NCBI GenBank assembly: GCA_963836075.1
Contig: CAWIIB010000009.1
Location: forward strand, 3,040,001 to 3,104,000
DNA: 64,000 nt
Direction of reading: 5' to 3'
Source of the DNA: an uncultured Acidobacteriota bacterium
Lineage (GTDB): Bacteria > Acidobacteriota > JAQAZP01
Under the pieces are notes generated by a model, which saw only the letters and a list, made by a program, of their open reading frames with translations, searched no databases and was not told the DNA's origin. This document shows, in pieces, positions 38,483 to 47,718 of the stretch. Position 1 is the stretch's first letter; the number at the start of each line of letters is the position of its first letter. Made by a program: the position numbers and the translations under genes.

Positions 38483-39535
38483 ATGCTTACGAAAATATGG
38501 AATAGATCCCTGGCCGGTGCGGGTATCCTGGCTTTGCTTTTCGCCTGTGTTCTGCTGGCCGGGCCCGCGGCCCACGCCGGCAGCAATTATGTGCTCACTG
38601 CTTCCAACGACCTGCTGGTGGTGGACGCCGACCAGCAGCGGCTGGCGGGTGAAGTGCCCCTGGGCCGTTTTGTCAAGGACATCGCGGTGGCCCCCGGCGG
38701 CCGTTTTGCCTACGTGGCCCACAGCGGCGGCGTGGACGTTGTGGACCTGGGCAGCCTGCAGGTTGTGGCCCACCCGGTGACCATGCCCGCCCGTTTTCTC
38801 CGCCTCTCCGCTGACGGCACGCGGCTCTATGCGCTGACCTATGGCAGCAAGAAGATGCGCGCTTCCGGCGAGGTCCCCGAGGGCTACTTCCTCCAGGTGG
38901 TGGACCTGACCGGCAAGCAGCCGCAGGTGATCCAGCGCATGGACCTGGGCGCTGGCGCCTTCGATTTCATTGTTTCACCGGGCAGCGGCACCATCCACGT
39001 GCTCAACCTTTCAGCCCGGACCCTGGCCCAGCGGGCGCTGACCGACGGGACGCTGATGAAATCGGTCACCATGCCGGGAAGCACTCCGGACACCGCCCGC
39101 GCCGGTGAACAGGGCGTGCTCTTCCGGCTCACCACCTCGGCGGACGGCAGCAAGATCTACATTCCCGAGATGCGCGAAGAATGCGGTCTGTGGGAGGTCG
39201 ACGCGGCCAGCGGCGCCACCCGCTGGGTGTCCCTGGGCTTTGAGGCCTATCCCCGGGCGATGGTTGTATCGCCTGACGGCGCGTATCTTCACGTCTCTTC
39301 GGTGAAGGGGATCTTCTCCGTGGATATGAAGACCCTCACCGTGAGCCGCTATGCCGAGTGCAAGGAGGTCCACCAGGGCATCGGCGTCAGCAGCGACGGG
39401 ACCCAGCTCTACTGCACCGTCCCGGATCTGGAGGGCAGTGGCGCACTGGACATCTTCGACTCGACCACCCTGGAGCGGGTGGCCCGCGTTATGATTCCCG
39501 GGCACTCGCCCTTCGTGGTGGCGTCGGCCAGGTAA
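38483..39535 (+). CDS. QhpB-like beta-propeller, paralogue 3
   Basis: Signal peptide; APGGRFAYV, SADG.RLY, SPDG blades; shares Y.AHSGGV with copies 1 and 2. Confidence 0.75.
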   Translation: MLTKIWNRSLAGAGILALLFACVLLAGPAAHAGSNYVLTASNDLLVVDADQQRLAGEVPLGRFVKDIAVAPGGRFAYVAHSGGVDVVDLGSLQVVAHPVTMPARFLRLSADGTRLYALTYGSKKMRASGEVPEGYFLQVVDLTGKQPQVIQRMDLGAGAFDFIVSPGSGTIHVLNLSARTLAQRALTDGTLMKSVTMPGSTPDTARAGEQGVLFRLTTSADGSKIYIPEMREECGLWEVDAASGATRWVSLGFEAYPRAMVVSPDGAYLHVSSVKGIFSVDMKTLTVSRYAECKEVHQGIGVSSDGTQLYCTVPDLEGSGALDIFDSTTLERVARVMIPGHSPFVVASAR

Positions 39536-39613
39536 GAGCCGGCTGCATTCTCCCGGCCCGCCCGTTCCCCGGCCCGGCCGCGGAGCGGGCGGTGATGCTG
39601 CGTGGAGATGACG

Positions 39614-40738
39614 ATGAACGTCATAACCGGCATGCCCGGCCGCTGTACAGCAGTCCTCTGCCTGCTGTTCATGCTCCTTGCCCCGACGGGTACCATCCGG
39701 GCCGGTGATCAGACTTCCACGGCCGCCCCCGCGGCCCGGACCGGGGAAGGTCCGCCCACGCGGGTCATCGTCGGCGGCTGGTACGATCTGTTCGTTGTTG
39801 ACGTCGATGCGGGCCGCGTGGATGCGGTGGTCAACATCGACGAGACGGCCAACGACGTCGCCGTCACCGCCGACGGCCGGCTGGCGCTGGCGGCCACCGA
39901 TGCCGGACTGGTCCGGGCCGACCTGGCCACCGGCAAACGGTCGGGGCTGGACGACTGGGGCATGCTCTGCTCGGTGGAGTTGTCGGACGATGACAGCATC
40001 CTGGCGGCGCTGACCTGTCCCGGCCACACGCCATTCCGCAAGTCGAAGCACACCATCCGCCTCGAGGACCTGCCCGGGAAACGGACTCTCGGCACCCTGG
40101 AGTTCAGCACCAACGCCCACGACATCTTCCTCTCTCCCGACGGCAGCCTGCTGTTCGCCTCGAACAAGATCGGGCGCAACATCGGCTGGGCGTCTACGGA
40201 AGATCCAGCCCGGGCCGCACTCCAGGTGCTGCGGCTGGGCGACGAGGGCGACGACCTCCGCCGGATGACCCGGGTGGCCACCCTGGTGCCGCTGGAGGGC
40301 CCCGGCGGCCGCCGGCAGCTGGTTGGTGTGGAGACCCCGGGGGACGACACGCCGATGATCCTCTGGCTGGCAACCTTCCCCCGGCACGGGGCTGCGGGAG
40401 AACCGCGGGTGGAACGGCTGAGCACTTCCCGCAGCGGCAGCGCCCAGGGGGCGGCGGTGAGCCCCGGCGGGTCGACACTGTTCGTCAACTGCCGCCGCCA
40501 CCTGATGGTCTACGATCTTGCCGGCCGCAAGGAAACGGCATGGGTGGAATTGCCCGAGGAGCACCGTTGGCTCACCCTGGATCATGAAGGCCGGCGGGTT
40601 TTCCTTACCTGCACTCCGGAAGAGGGAGAAGGGTACCTGACCGAGGTGTCGTTGCACGGGTCAGAGTGGAAGGTCTCCCGGCGGATCGCCATGCCCGACT
40701 CGGTGAACGTGATCACCACCATGCCGGCGGTTCGGTGA
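39614..40738 (+). CDS. Additional divergent secreted beta-propeller
   Basis: Signal peptide; ADGR, SPDGS, SPGG blades; start uncertain (39602-39614). Confidence 0.65.
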   Translation: MNVITGMPGRCTAVLCLLFMLLAPTGTIRAGDQTSTAAPAARTGEGPPTRVIVGGWYDLFVVDVDAGRVDAVVNIDETANDVAVTADGRLALAATDAGLVRADLATGKRSGLDDWGMLCSVELSDDDSILAALTCPGHTPFRKSKHTIRLEDLPGKRTLGTLEFSTNAHDIFLSPDGSLLFASNKIGRNIGWASTEDPARAALQVLRLGDEGDDLRRMTRVATLVPLEGPGGRRQLVGVETPGDDTPMILWLATFPRHGAAGEPRVERLSTSRSGSAQGAAVSPGGSTLFVNCRRHLMVYDLAGRKETAWVELPEEHRWLTLDHEGRRVFLTCTPEEGEGYLTEVSLHGSEWKVSRRIAMPDSVNVITTMPAVR

Positions 40739-40742
40739 CCCG

Positions 40743-41684
40743 ATGGAGTGGGTGCTGTTCATCGCTCCATCCGCCCTGGAGGGCGCCCTCGGCGGGCTGG
40801 AGGCCGGTGGTTTCCCCGGTGAAACGGTCTGGCGGGTGACGCCGGCGGCCGGGACACCGGAGCAGTGGTTCGGCGATGCGGCAGCGGGCCACGGCGGTGA
40901 CCGGATAGAGAGGATCTACTGGGGCAGCGAGTTTTGTGAAACGCTGATCCCCGGCGTTCGATCCACCGCCCGGCTGGCCGAAGGGGTTCGCGGGCAGGGG
41001 ATGGACTGGACGCTGGTCACGCCCTATGTCACTGACCGCGGCCTGGATCGCATCGGCCGGCTGTTGGAAGAGTTGCCCCCGGAGCTCCACCCTGACGAGG
41101 TGGTGGTCAACGACTGGGGAGTGCTGCGCCGGCTGCGCCGGGAGCATGAGCAGATCCGGCCGGTGCTGGGCCGGCTGATGAACAAGATGATTCGCGACCC
41201 GCGGGTGGCGACGCAGTTCGACGATCCGCGGGCCCCGAAGGAGGCGGTGGACGCCCTGCGGGGGTTCAGCATCTCCGCCGGCAGCTACCGGTCGTTTCTG
41301 GCTGACAACAACGTGGGGCGGGTGGAAGTGGACAACCCGCTCCAGGGGCTGGCCGTGGATTTTTCCGCCCAGGGCATGCCGGCGAGCATCTACCTGCCCT
41401 TCGGCTATGTGACCACCGGGCGGATCTGCCTCCCCGGTTCCCTCGGCCTGCCGCCGGGGGAGAAGTTTTCGCACCTCGGCCGCTGCGGCCGGGAGTGCGG
41501 CGGGACTGTTCTGGAATTGAAGAACACCAGGTCCCCTTTCGAATCGGACCGGGACCTGACGCTCTACCAGCGCGGGAACACCATCTTCTATTTCCAGCCG
41601 CCCCGGAAGGTGGCGGCGGGGCTGGAAGCGGCCGCAGATTGCGGGGTGGACCGGATTGTCTGGCAGCCTGAACTGCCGTTTTAG
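40743..41684 (+). CDS. U32-family Fe-S protein, UbiV-like
   Basis: RIYWGSEFC, LVTP, EVVVNDWG, and C-x18-C-x3-C; four-Cys layout like UbiV. Confidence 0.75.
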   Translation: MEWVLFIAPSALEGALGGLEAGGFPGETVWRVTPAAGTPEQWFGDAAAGHGGDRIERIYWGSEFCETLIPGVRSTARLAEGVRGQGMDWTLVTPYVTDRGLDRIGRLLEELPPELHPDEVVVNDWGVLRRLRREHEQIRPVLGRLMNKMIRDPRVATQFDDPRAPKEAVDALRGFSISAGSYRSFLADNNVGRVEVDNPLQGLAVDFSAQGMPASIYLPFGYVTTGRICLPGSLGLPPGEKFSHLGRCGRECGGTVLELKNTRSPFESDRDLTLYQRGNTIFYFQPPRKVAAGLEAAADCGVDRIVWQPELPF

Positions 41685-41687
41685 GAA

Positions 41688-42776
41688 GTGAAGGATCGTG
41701 GAGTGAAGATCACCGCCCCATTGTCCAGGTTGGACGAAGTGGAGATGCTGGTCGGTTCCGGCGCCGACGAGCTCTACTGCGGGTTGGTGCCCGAGCGCTG
41801 GATGAAGCGCTTCACCCGCGCGTTGTGGCTCAACCGGCGTGACCCGCGGTCGGCCAACTTCACCAGCGAGGATGAGCTGGCCCGGGCGGTGGAACTGGCC
41901 CACGGTATGGGGGCCAGGGTCTTCCTGACCCTCAACGCGCCGTTCTTCACCGCGGACCAGCAGGAGCTGGTGTTGGAGCTGGCCCAGTGGGCGGCGCGGG
42001 AAGCGGGGCTGGACGCCCTGATCGTCGCCGACCTCGGACTGCTGGCGGCCCTGGCCGGGCAACTGCCGGAAGGCACCGGGCTGCACACCAGCACCGTGGG
42101 CAATGCCAGCAACCGCGAGGCCGTGGAGCACTGGGCCGATCTCGGCGTGGAGCGGGTGATCCTCCCCCGCCACCTGAGCATCGAGGAGATCGGCGAGCTG
42201 GTGCGGACGGTGGGTCACCGGGTGGAACTTGAGGCGTTCGTGCTCAACGACACCTGCGTCTACGAGGAGGGTTTCTGCCACACCATGCACGGTGTCGACC
42301 GCCTGGGGGCCTTCTGTGTCACACCCTGGGAATACGAGATTCACCCGGCGGGTGGGGTGGAGCTCTCCGCCGATGACCGGCAGGCCTGGACACGGCACCT
42401 CGAGGACCACGCCACCTGGCTCTGGTACTGCAACAGTTGCGGCTGCACCATGACGGAGAAGGGGCTGCCCCTGGGACCGTGCGGCCTCTGCGCCATCAAG
42501 GCTCTGGACGAAGCCGGTGTGACCTCGGTGAAGATTGTCGGCCGCGAGGCGTCGGGGATGCGCAAGCTGCGCAGCGTCCAGCTGGTCAAACGGGTCCTGG
42601 AGCGGGTGGAGGCCGGCGCATCCGAGGCGGATGCGGCGGAGTGGGCCCGGGAGATCCGGGACGCCGCGGAACACTGCCGGGCGCGCTACATGTGCTACTA
42701 CCGGGAGTGCGCACCCACCGGGGGGACAGTGGCGGTGGGGCCGCCGGCCGGCAGCGGCCCGGGGGAGGGGCGATGA
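41688..42776 (+). CDS. U32-family Fe-S protein, UbiU/TrhP/RlhA-like
   Basis: K(I)TAP...GADELYCG, NF...EL..AV..AH..G..V.LTLN, DALIVADLG, LHTST...N, G..RVILPR.LS.EEI, E.FV...C-x6-C-x12-C...CGLC, G(V)TSVKIVGR; start may be GTG 41703. Confidence 0.9.
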   Translation: MKDRGVKITAPLSRLDEVEMLVGSGADELYCGLVPERWMKRFTRALWLNRRDPRSANFTSEDELARAVELAHGMGARVFLTLNAPFFTADQQELVLELAQWAAREAGLDALIVADLGLLAALAGQLPEGTGLHTSTVGNASNREAVEHWADLGVERVILPRHLSIEEIGELVRTVGHRVELEAFVLNDTCVYEEGFCHTMHGVDRLGAFCVTPWEYEIHPAGGVELSADDRQAWTRHLEDHATWLWYCNSCGCTMTEKGLPLGPCGLCAIKALDEAGVTSVKIVGREASGMRKLRSVQLVKRVLERVEAGASEADAAEWAREIRDAAEHCRARYMCYYRECAPTGGTVAVGPPAGSGPGEGR

Positions 42777-44596
42777 GTCAGGAAAAGGCAGCAGCGAGAG
42801 ACGCGGCGGAACCCGGTCAGACACGGGTCAGCCGGATCTTCTCCTTTATCCGCCCCTACCGGGGCCGGATCGGCCTGCTGATTGTGATCATGGTCCTCTC
42901 CGCCGGCCTGGCCAACATCTACCCCTTCTTCGTCAAGTACCTGGTGGACGAGGTCTTTATCCAGCAGAACCTCCACTGGCTGCAATACATCGTCGGCGGG
43001 CTGGCCGTGATGGCGCTGTTCCAGTTCGGTGTCACCTTTCTCAACGGCTATCTCTACACCTGGCTCACCGCGCGGATCCTCCTCGACATGAGGCTCCACC
43101 TCTACGACCACATCCACCGTCTCTCGATGAAGTTTTTCAAGGAGACCAAGGTGGGGGACATCATCTCGCGGCTGAACAGCGACATGGCCCAGGTGCAGTC
43201 CATCGCCATGGAATCGCTGATGACCTTTCTCGGCACGGTGATGACCATCACCGTGGTCTCGGTGATCATGATCTTCTTCAACTGGAGGCTGTTCCTGATC
43301 AGCTGCATCGCGGTTCCCGGGATCATCCTGCTGCTCCGCTGGTTCCAGCCCCGGCTGCACCGCCTGGCCCGGAAGATCCGCGACCAGAACGCCGAGATCA
43401 CCAGCTTCGTCCTCGAGGCCTTCCGCGGTTCGAAAACGGTGAAGGTCACCGGTTCACGGCACAACGAGACACGCCGCTTTCTCCGCGAGAACAAGGGCTT
43501 GATCAACAAGGTGATCCGATTCCAGATCATGTCCGGGTTCTCCTCCGGGCTCAGCGCGCTGATGATCACCGCCAGTTCGGCGGCGGTGCTCTGGTTTGGC
43601 GGGCGGATGATGATTGCCGGGCAGATGAGCGCCGGCGATTTGATGGCCTTCGAACTGTTCCAGATCCGGCTCTTTGGCCCGGTGCGCTCGCTGGTCTCCC
43701 TGTTCCTCAAGCTGCAGAAGGCGCGGGCTTCCGTCGACCGGGTCTTCGAATTTCTCGACATTGCCCCCGATGACGGTGACCGTCCGGGGGCGCTACGGCT
43801 GCCCGAGGTGCGGGGCGAGGTGGCTTTCGAGGGAGTGAGTTTTGCTTACGAGCCGGGAAAGCCGGTGCTCAGCGAGGTCAGCTTCCGCGTGTCCCCCGGG
43901 TCCAGCCTGGCCATCGTCGGGCCCAGCGGCGTGGGCAAGACCACCGTCGCCGACCTGCTGTTCCGGCTCTACCGCCCGGACAGCGGGCGGGTCACCGTGG
44001 ACGGGCACGACCTGGCGGGAGTGAAACTGCGCACCCTGCTGCGCAGCATGGCCCTGGTGCCCCAGGACTCCTTCCTGTTCAACGGCACGGTGACCGAAAA
44101 CATCCGCTACGGCGCACCGGTCTGCGGAGAGGATGAGGTGCGCCGGGCCGCCGAACTTGCCAACATCAACGAGTTGATCGAGAAGCTGCCCCGAGGATAC
44201 GACACGGTGGTGGGTGAACGGGGGCTGCGGTTTTCCGGCGGCCAGGCCCAGCGCATAGCCCTGGCCCGGGCGTTCCTGCGCCGTCCGCGAATCCTGGTGC
44301 TCGACGAGGCCACCGCCGCGCTGGACTGGTTTTCGGACCAGCAGGTTCACCTGGCCCTGAAGGAGTTGATGCGCGGCCGGACCACCATCCTCATCACGCA
44401 CAAGATGTTCATGGTCCAGGAGATGGACAATATCCTGGTGCTCGACGGGAACCGGGTGGTCCAGGAGGGGCGCCACGACCGGTTGATGGGTGAGCAGGGG
44501 CTCTACCGCGAGCTCTACCGCCAGGTGCAGGGTGATGAAACGGAGCACCAGGTGGTGCTCTCCCCGGCCGGACCGCCTGACCGGGTGAAGCGGTGA
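42773..44596 (+). CDS. qhpF: QhpF-like ABC exporter (fused TMD and NBD)
   Basis: TMD, GPSGVGKTT, FSGGQAQR, ILVLDEAT; ATGA overlap with the U32 gene; start reassigned to 42773. Confidence 0.85.
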   Translation: MSQEKAAARDAAEPGQTRVSRIFSFIRPYRGRIGLLIVIMVLSAGLANIYPFFVKYLVDEVFIQQNLHWLQYIVGGLAVMALFQFGVTFLNGYLYTWLTARILLDMRLHLYDHIHRLSMKFFKETKVGDIISRLNSDMAQVQSIAMESLMTFLGTVMTITVVSVIMIFFNWRLFLISCIAVPGIILLLRWFQPRLHRLARKIRDQNAEITSFVLEAFRGSKTVKVTGSRHNETRRFLRENKGLINKVIRFQIMSGFSSGLSALMITASSAAVLWFGGRMMIAGQMSAGDLMAFELFQIRLFGPVRSLVSLFLKLQKARASVDRVFEFLDIAPDDGDRPGALRLPEVRGEVAFEGVSFAYEPGKPVLSEVSFRVSPGSSLAIVGPSGVGKTTVADLLFRLYRPDSGRVTVDGHDLAGVKLRTLLRSMALVPQDSFLFNGTVTENIRYGAPVCGEDEVRRAAELANINELIEKLPRGYDTVVGERGLRFSGGQAQRIALARAFLRRPRILVLDEATAALDWFSDQQVHLALKELMRGRTTILITHKMFMVQEMDNILVLDGNRVVQEGRHDRLMGEQGLYRELYRQVQGDETEHQVVLSPAGPPDRVKR

Positions 44597-45411
44597 TCGC
44601 CGGGGCGGCTCCCGCCCGGGCCCGGTTCACCGGCCGCGGGGTGGCGGTGGGCCTGGTGGATTCGGGGGTCAACGGGAGCCACCCCCACGTGGGAGGTCGT
44701 CTGGAGCGGTCGGTGACCGTGCTGGAGGGCCAGGGCGGGCGTCCGCTGGTGGCCGACGACCTGAAAGGGGACGCGGCGGGGCACGGCACGGCCTGCGCCG
44801 GTGTCATCATCCAGGGGGCGCCGGATGTCCGGCTCTACTCGCTGCGGGTCCTCGACCGGCAGCTGCAGACCACGCACCGCCGGGTGGCCGAGGCGATCCG
44901 CTGGTGCACCAGAGAGGGAATGGACGTGATCAACCTCAGCCTGGGCACCACCCGGGCCGAGGCGCTGGAGATACTGGAGACGGCGTGCCGCGAGGCGGTG
45001 GAGGCCGGCTGCATCCTGGTGGCCGCCGCCGGGCCGGAGCGCGAACGCAGCTACCCCGCCGGTTTCAGCGGGCTGGTGCTGGGGGTGGACGAGGATCCGC
45101 AATGCGGGGAGTGGCAGTGCCGCGTGCGGCCCGGGGCGAAAATCCCCGTGGTGGCCTGCGGACGGCCCCGGGACGTGGAGCGGGCCGACCTGCTGCGGAA
45201 TTTCCGCGGGTCGAGTTTTGCCGCCGCCCGGGTCAGCGCCATGGCGGCGCGGCTGCGCGAGGAGCGTCCGGGCCTCGACACCGGCGGGCTGCTGGAGGCG
45301 CTGGCCCGGGAGGAGATATCCACGACGACCACCAGGGTCGTCTCCTCGCAAGGACAGGCGAGGGGAGGGAAAGGTCAGGGAGATGATTCGCCGCCGGCCA
45401 TGAACCGGTGA
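44593..45411 (+). CDS. qhpE: QhpE-like small cytoplasmic S8 subtilisin-type leader peptidase
   Basis: VGLVDSGV, GHGTACA, INLSLG, VAAAG, YPA, GSSFAAARVS; no signal peptide or prodomain; GTGA overlap. Confidence 0.85.
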   Translation: MIAGAAPARARFTGRGVAVGLVDSGVNGSHPHVGGRLERSVTVLEGQGGRPLVADDLKGDAAGHGTACAGVIIQGAPDVRLYSLRVLDRQLQTTHRRVAEAIRWCTREGMDVINLSLGTTRAEALEILETACREAVEAGCILVAAAGPERERSYPAGFSGLVLGVDEDPQCGEWQCRVRPGAKIPVVACGRPRDVERADLLRNFRGSSFAAARVSAMAARLREERPGLDTGGLLEALAREEISTTTTRVVSSQGQARGGKGQGDDSPPAMNR

Positions 45412-45509
45412 CGGTTGATTCCATACCGACTGATGGATTGTTTTTATGGTTCAAGACGGATCTGGTATTTGATGCTTGGATGTGTAACAGAGGGGAAAGG
45501 AGGCCTGAC

Positions 45510-47649
45510 ATGAGGCGAATGGAAACCGTGGGCGGTCTGGCGATCTTGCTGGCCGCGATGATCACCTGTTTGCCCCTGGCGGCGGACGAGATCGAGTTCG
45601 GGGAGCGCACACTGGATGCCAGCCTGGACGGACCCCGTCATGCACAGGTGGTGGACCTGGATGGCGACGGGGACAACGACGTGGTGGCCTGCGGCTACGA
45701 GGACGGGGACATCTTCTGGTATGAGAACAACGGTCTGGGTTCGTTCAGCCGCCAGGTGGTGGTGCAGGACAACCTCTATGGTGTGAACCACTTGACGGTG
45801 GCCGACCTGGACGGCGACGGTGACATGGACGTGGTCGCCGTCTCCTTCAGCCTGGACGTGCTGGCCTGGTGGGAGAACGACGGCAACGAGAACTTCTCGC
45901 GGGCCAACATCGCCACCGGGTTCGTCGATGCCAGTTGTTGCTTCGTCATCGATCTCGACGACGACGGCGACATGGACATTCTCGCCTCCGCTTTCTACCA
46001 GGACAAGATCTCCTGGTTCGAGAACAACGGCAGCGAGAGTTTCACCATGAACAACACGTTTACCTCCGGGCTGGACGGGGCCCAGTGGGTCTGGGCCGGT
46101 GACGTGGACGACGACGGCGACCAGGACGTGGCCGGCCTCTCCTTCCACGACGGCAACGTGATCTGGTGGGAGAACAACGGCAGCGAGAGCTTCTCCTCGC
46201 ACCAGATTTCCGGCAACCACGAGGGCGCGACGTCCATCGTGGGATTGGACCTGGACGACGATGGCGACATGGACTTCGTCACCACCGCCATGGACGACAA
46301 CCGGCTCACCTGGTGGGAGAACAACGGTTCGGAGAGCTTCACCCAGAACAATATCGACAACAGCCTGACCGGTGCGCTGCACGCCACGGTGGCTGACCTG
46401 GACAACGACGGCGACAAGGACATCACCGCCACCGCCTTCAACGGCTCGCAGATGTACCTGGTACGACAACAACGGCTCCGAGACCTTCACCCGCCGGGTG
46501 GTCACCGATACCGCCAGCCGCCCCTTCGGCACGGCTGCCGGCGACCTCGACGGTGACATGGATATGGACCTGGTGCTCTGTGACTTCGAAGGCGACACCG
46601 TGCTCTGGTTCGAGAGCGGCGGCGGCAGCGGCGGCACTTTCTACCTCGTTGCCGGCCCGGGACCCGGACCGGCCAACGACCCGCGGGTCAAGGGTTTCTT
46701 TGCCAACGGCAACGAGAACGGCATCACCGACTTCCTGGCTTACGGCGCCACGGGCTACGGCGTGAACGTGACCTGCGGTGACTTGGACGGGGACGGCAAC
46801 CACGAGATTGTCACCGGCGCCGGACCCGGCGCGGTATACGGGCCGCACGTCAGGGCCTTCGAGTGGGACGGCACGCCGGTAAGCGGCCTCAACTTCATCT
46901 CCTACGGCACGCTGAAATACGGCGTGAACGTGGCTTGTGGCGACATCGACGGTGACGGCAACGACGAAATCATCACCGGCGCCGGTCCGGGAGCGGTCTT
47001 CGGCCCGCACGTCAGGGGCTGGAACGTCGATGGCGGCACCGCCACCGCGATCTCCGCCATCAGTTATTTTGCCTACGGCACATTGAAGTGGGGCGTCAAC
47101 GTGGCCTGCGGCGACATCGACGGTGACGGCATGGCCGAGATCATCACCGGCGCCGGTCCGGGCGAGATCTTCGGTCCCCAGGTGCGCGGCTGGAATTACG
47201 ACGGCTCCACGATTTCGGCGATGAGCCAGGTCAATTTCTTCGCTTACAACACTCAGCGCTGGGGGGTCAACGTGGGCGCCGGCGACATCGACGGCGACGG
47301 CTACGACGAAATCGTCACCGGCGCCGGGCCCGGCGACCAGGCCGGCCCGCATGTCAGGGCGTTCAATTGCGATGGCGGGAGCACCACGGCGATCTCGGCG
47401 GTCAACTTCATGGCTTACGGTGATCATGGCTGGAAGTATGGCGCCAGGGTGTCCTGTGTCGACTTTGACGGGGATGGCTACGGTGAGATTCTCACCGGTC
47501 CGGGCCCCGGTCCCATGACCCAGGCCCTGGTCCGCGGCTGGAACTATGACGGCATGGTGCTGGAGCAGATCACCGGCACGGACTTCTTCGCCTTTGACGA
47601 AGCGTCGTATTTCTACGGGGTGAATGTATTCGGCGGGGTTCCCCAATAA
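45510..47649 (+). CDS. Secreted FG-GAP repeat protein with two repeat blocks; +1 frameshift at ~46458
   Basis: DLDGDGD...WWEN repeats continue across TGTACCT into the 46372-47649 frame; C-terminal GVNVACGD.DGDG..EI.TGAGPG..GPHVR repeats. Confidence 0.8.
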
Positions 47650-47718
47650 CCGGGGAACCGGACGGCTAAAACCTTCCGGCGGCGCCCCACCGGGTGCCGC
47701 CGGATTCGAATGTCAGCC

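Noticed and set aside
40743-42776. U32 proteins as collagenases or as ubiquinone/RNA hydroxylases
   Set aside because: The protease label for U32 is largely historical and the operon already has an S8 leader peptidase. No ubiT/ubi or RNA-modification context is present.
46740-47500. CRISPR-like periodic repeats (also 63040-63800)
   Set aside because: These are in-frame, degenerate ~170 nt protein repeats with no unique spacers and no cas genes.
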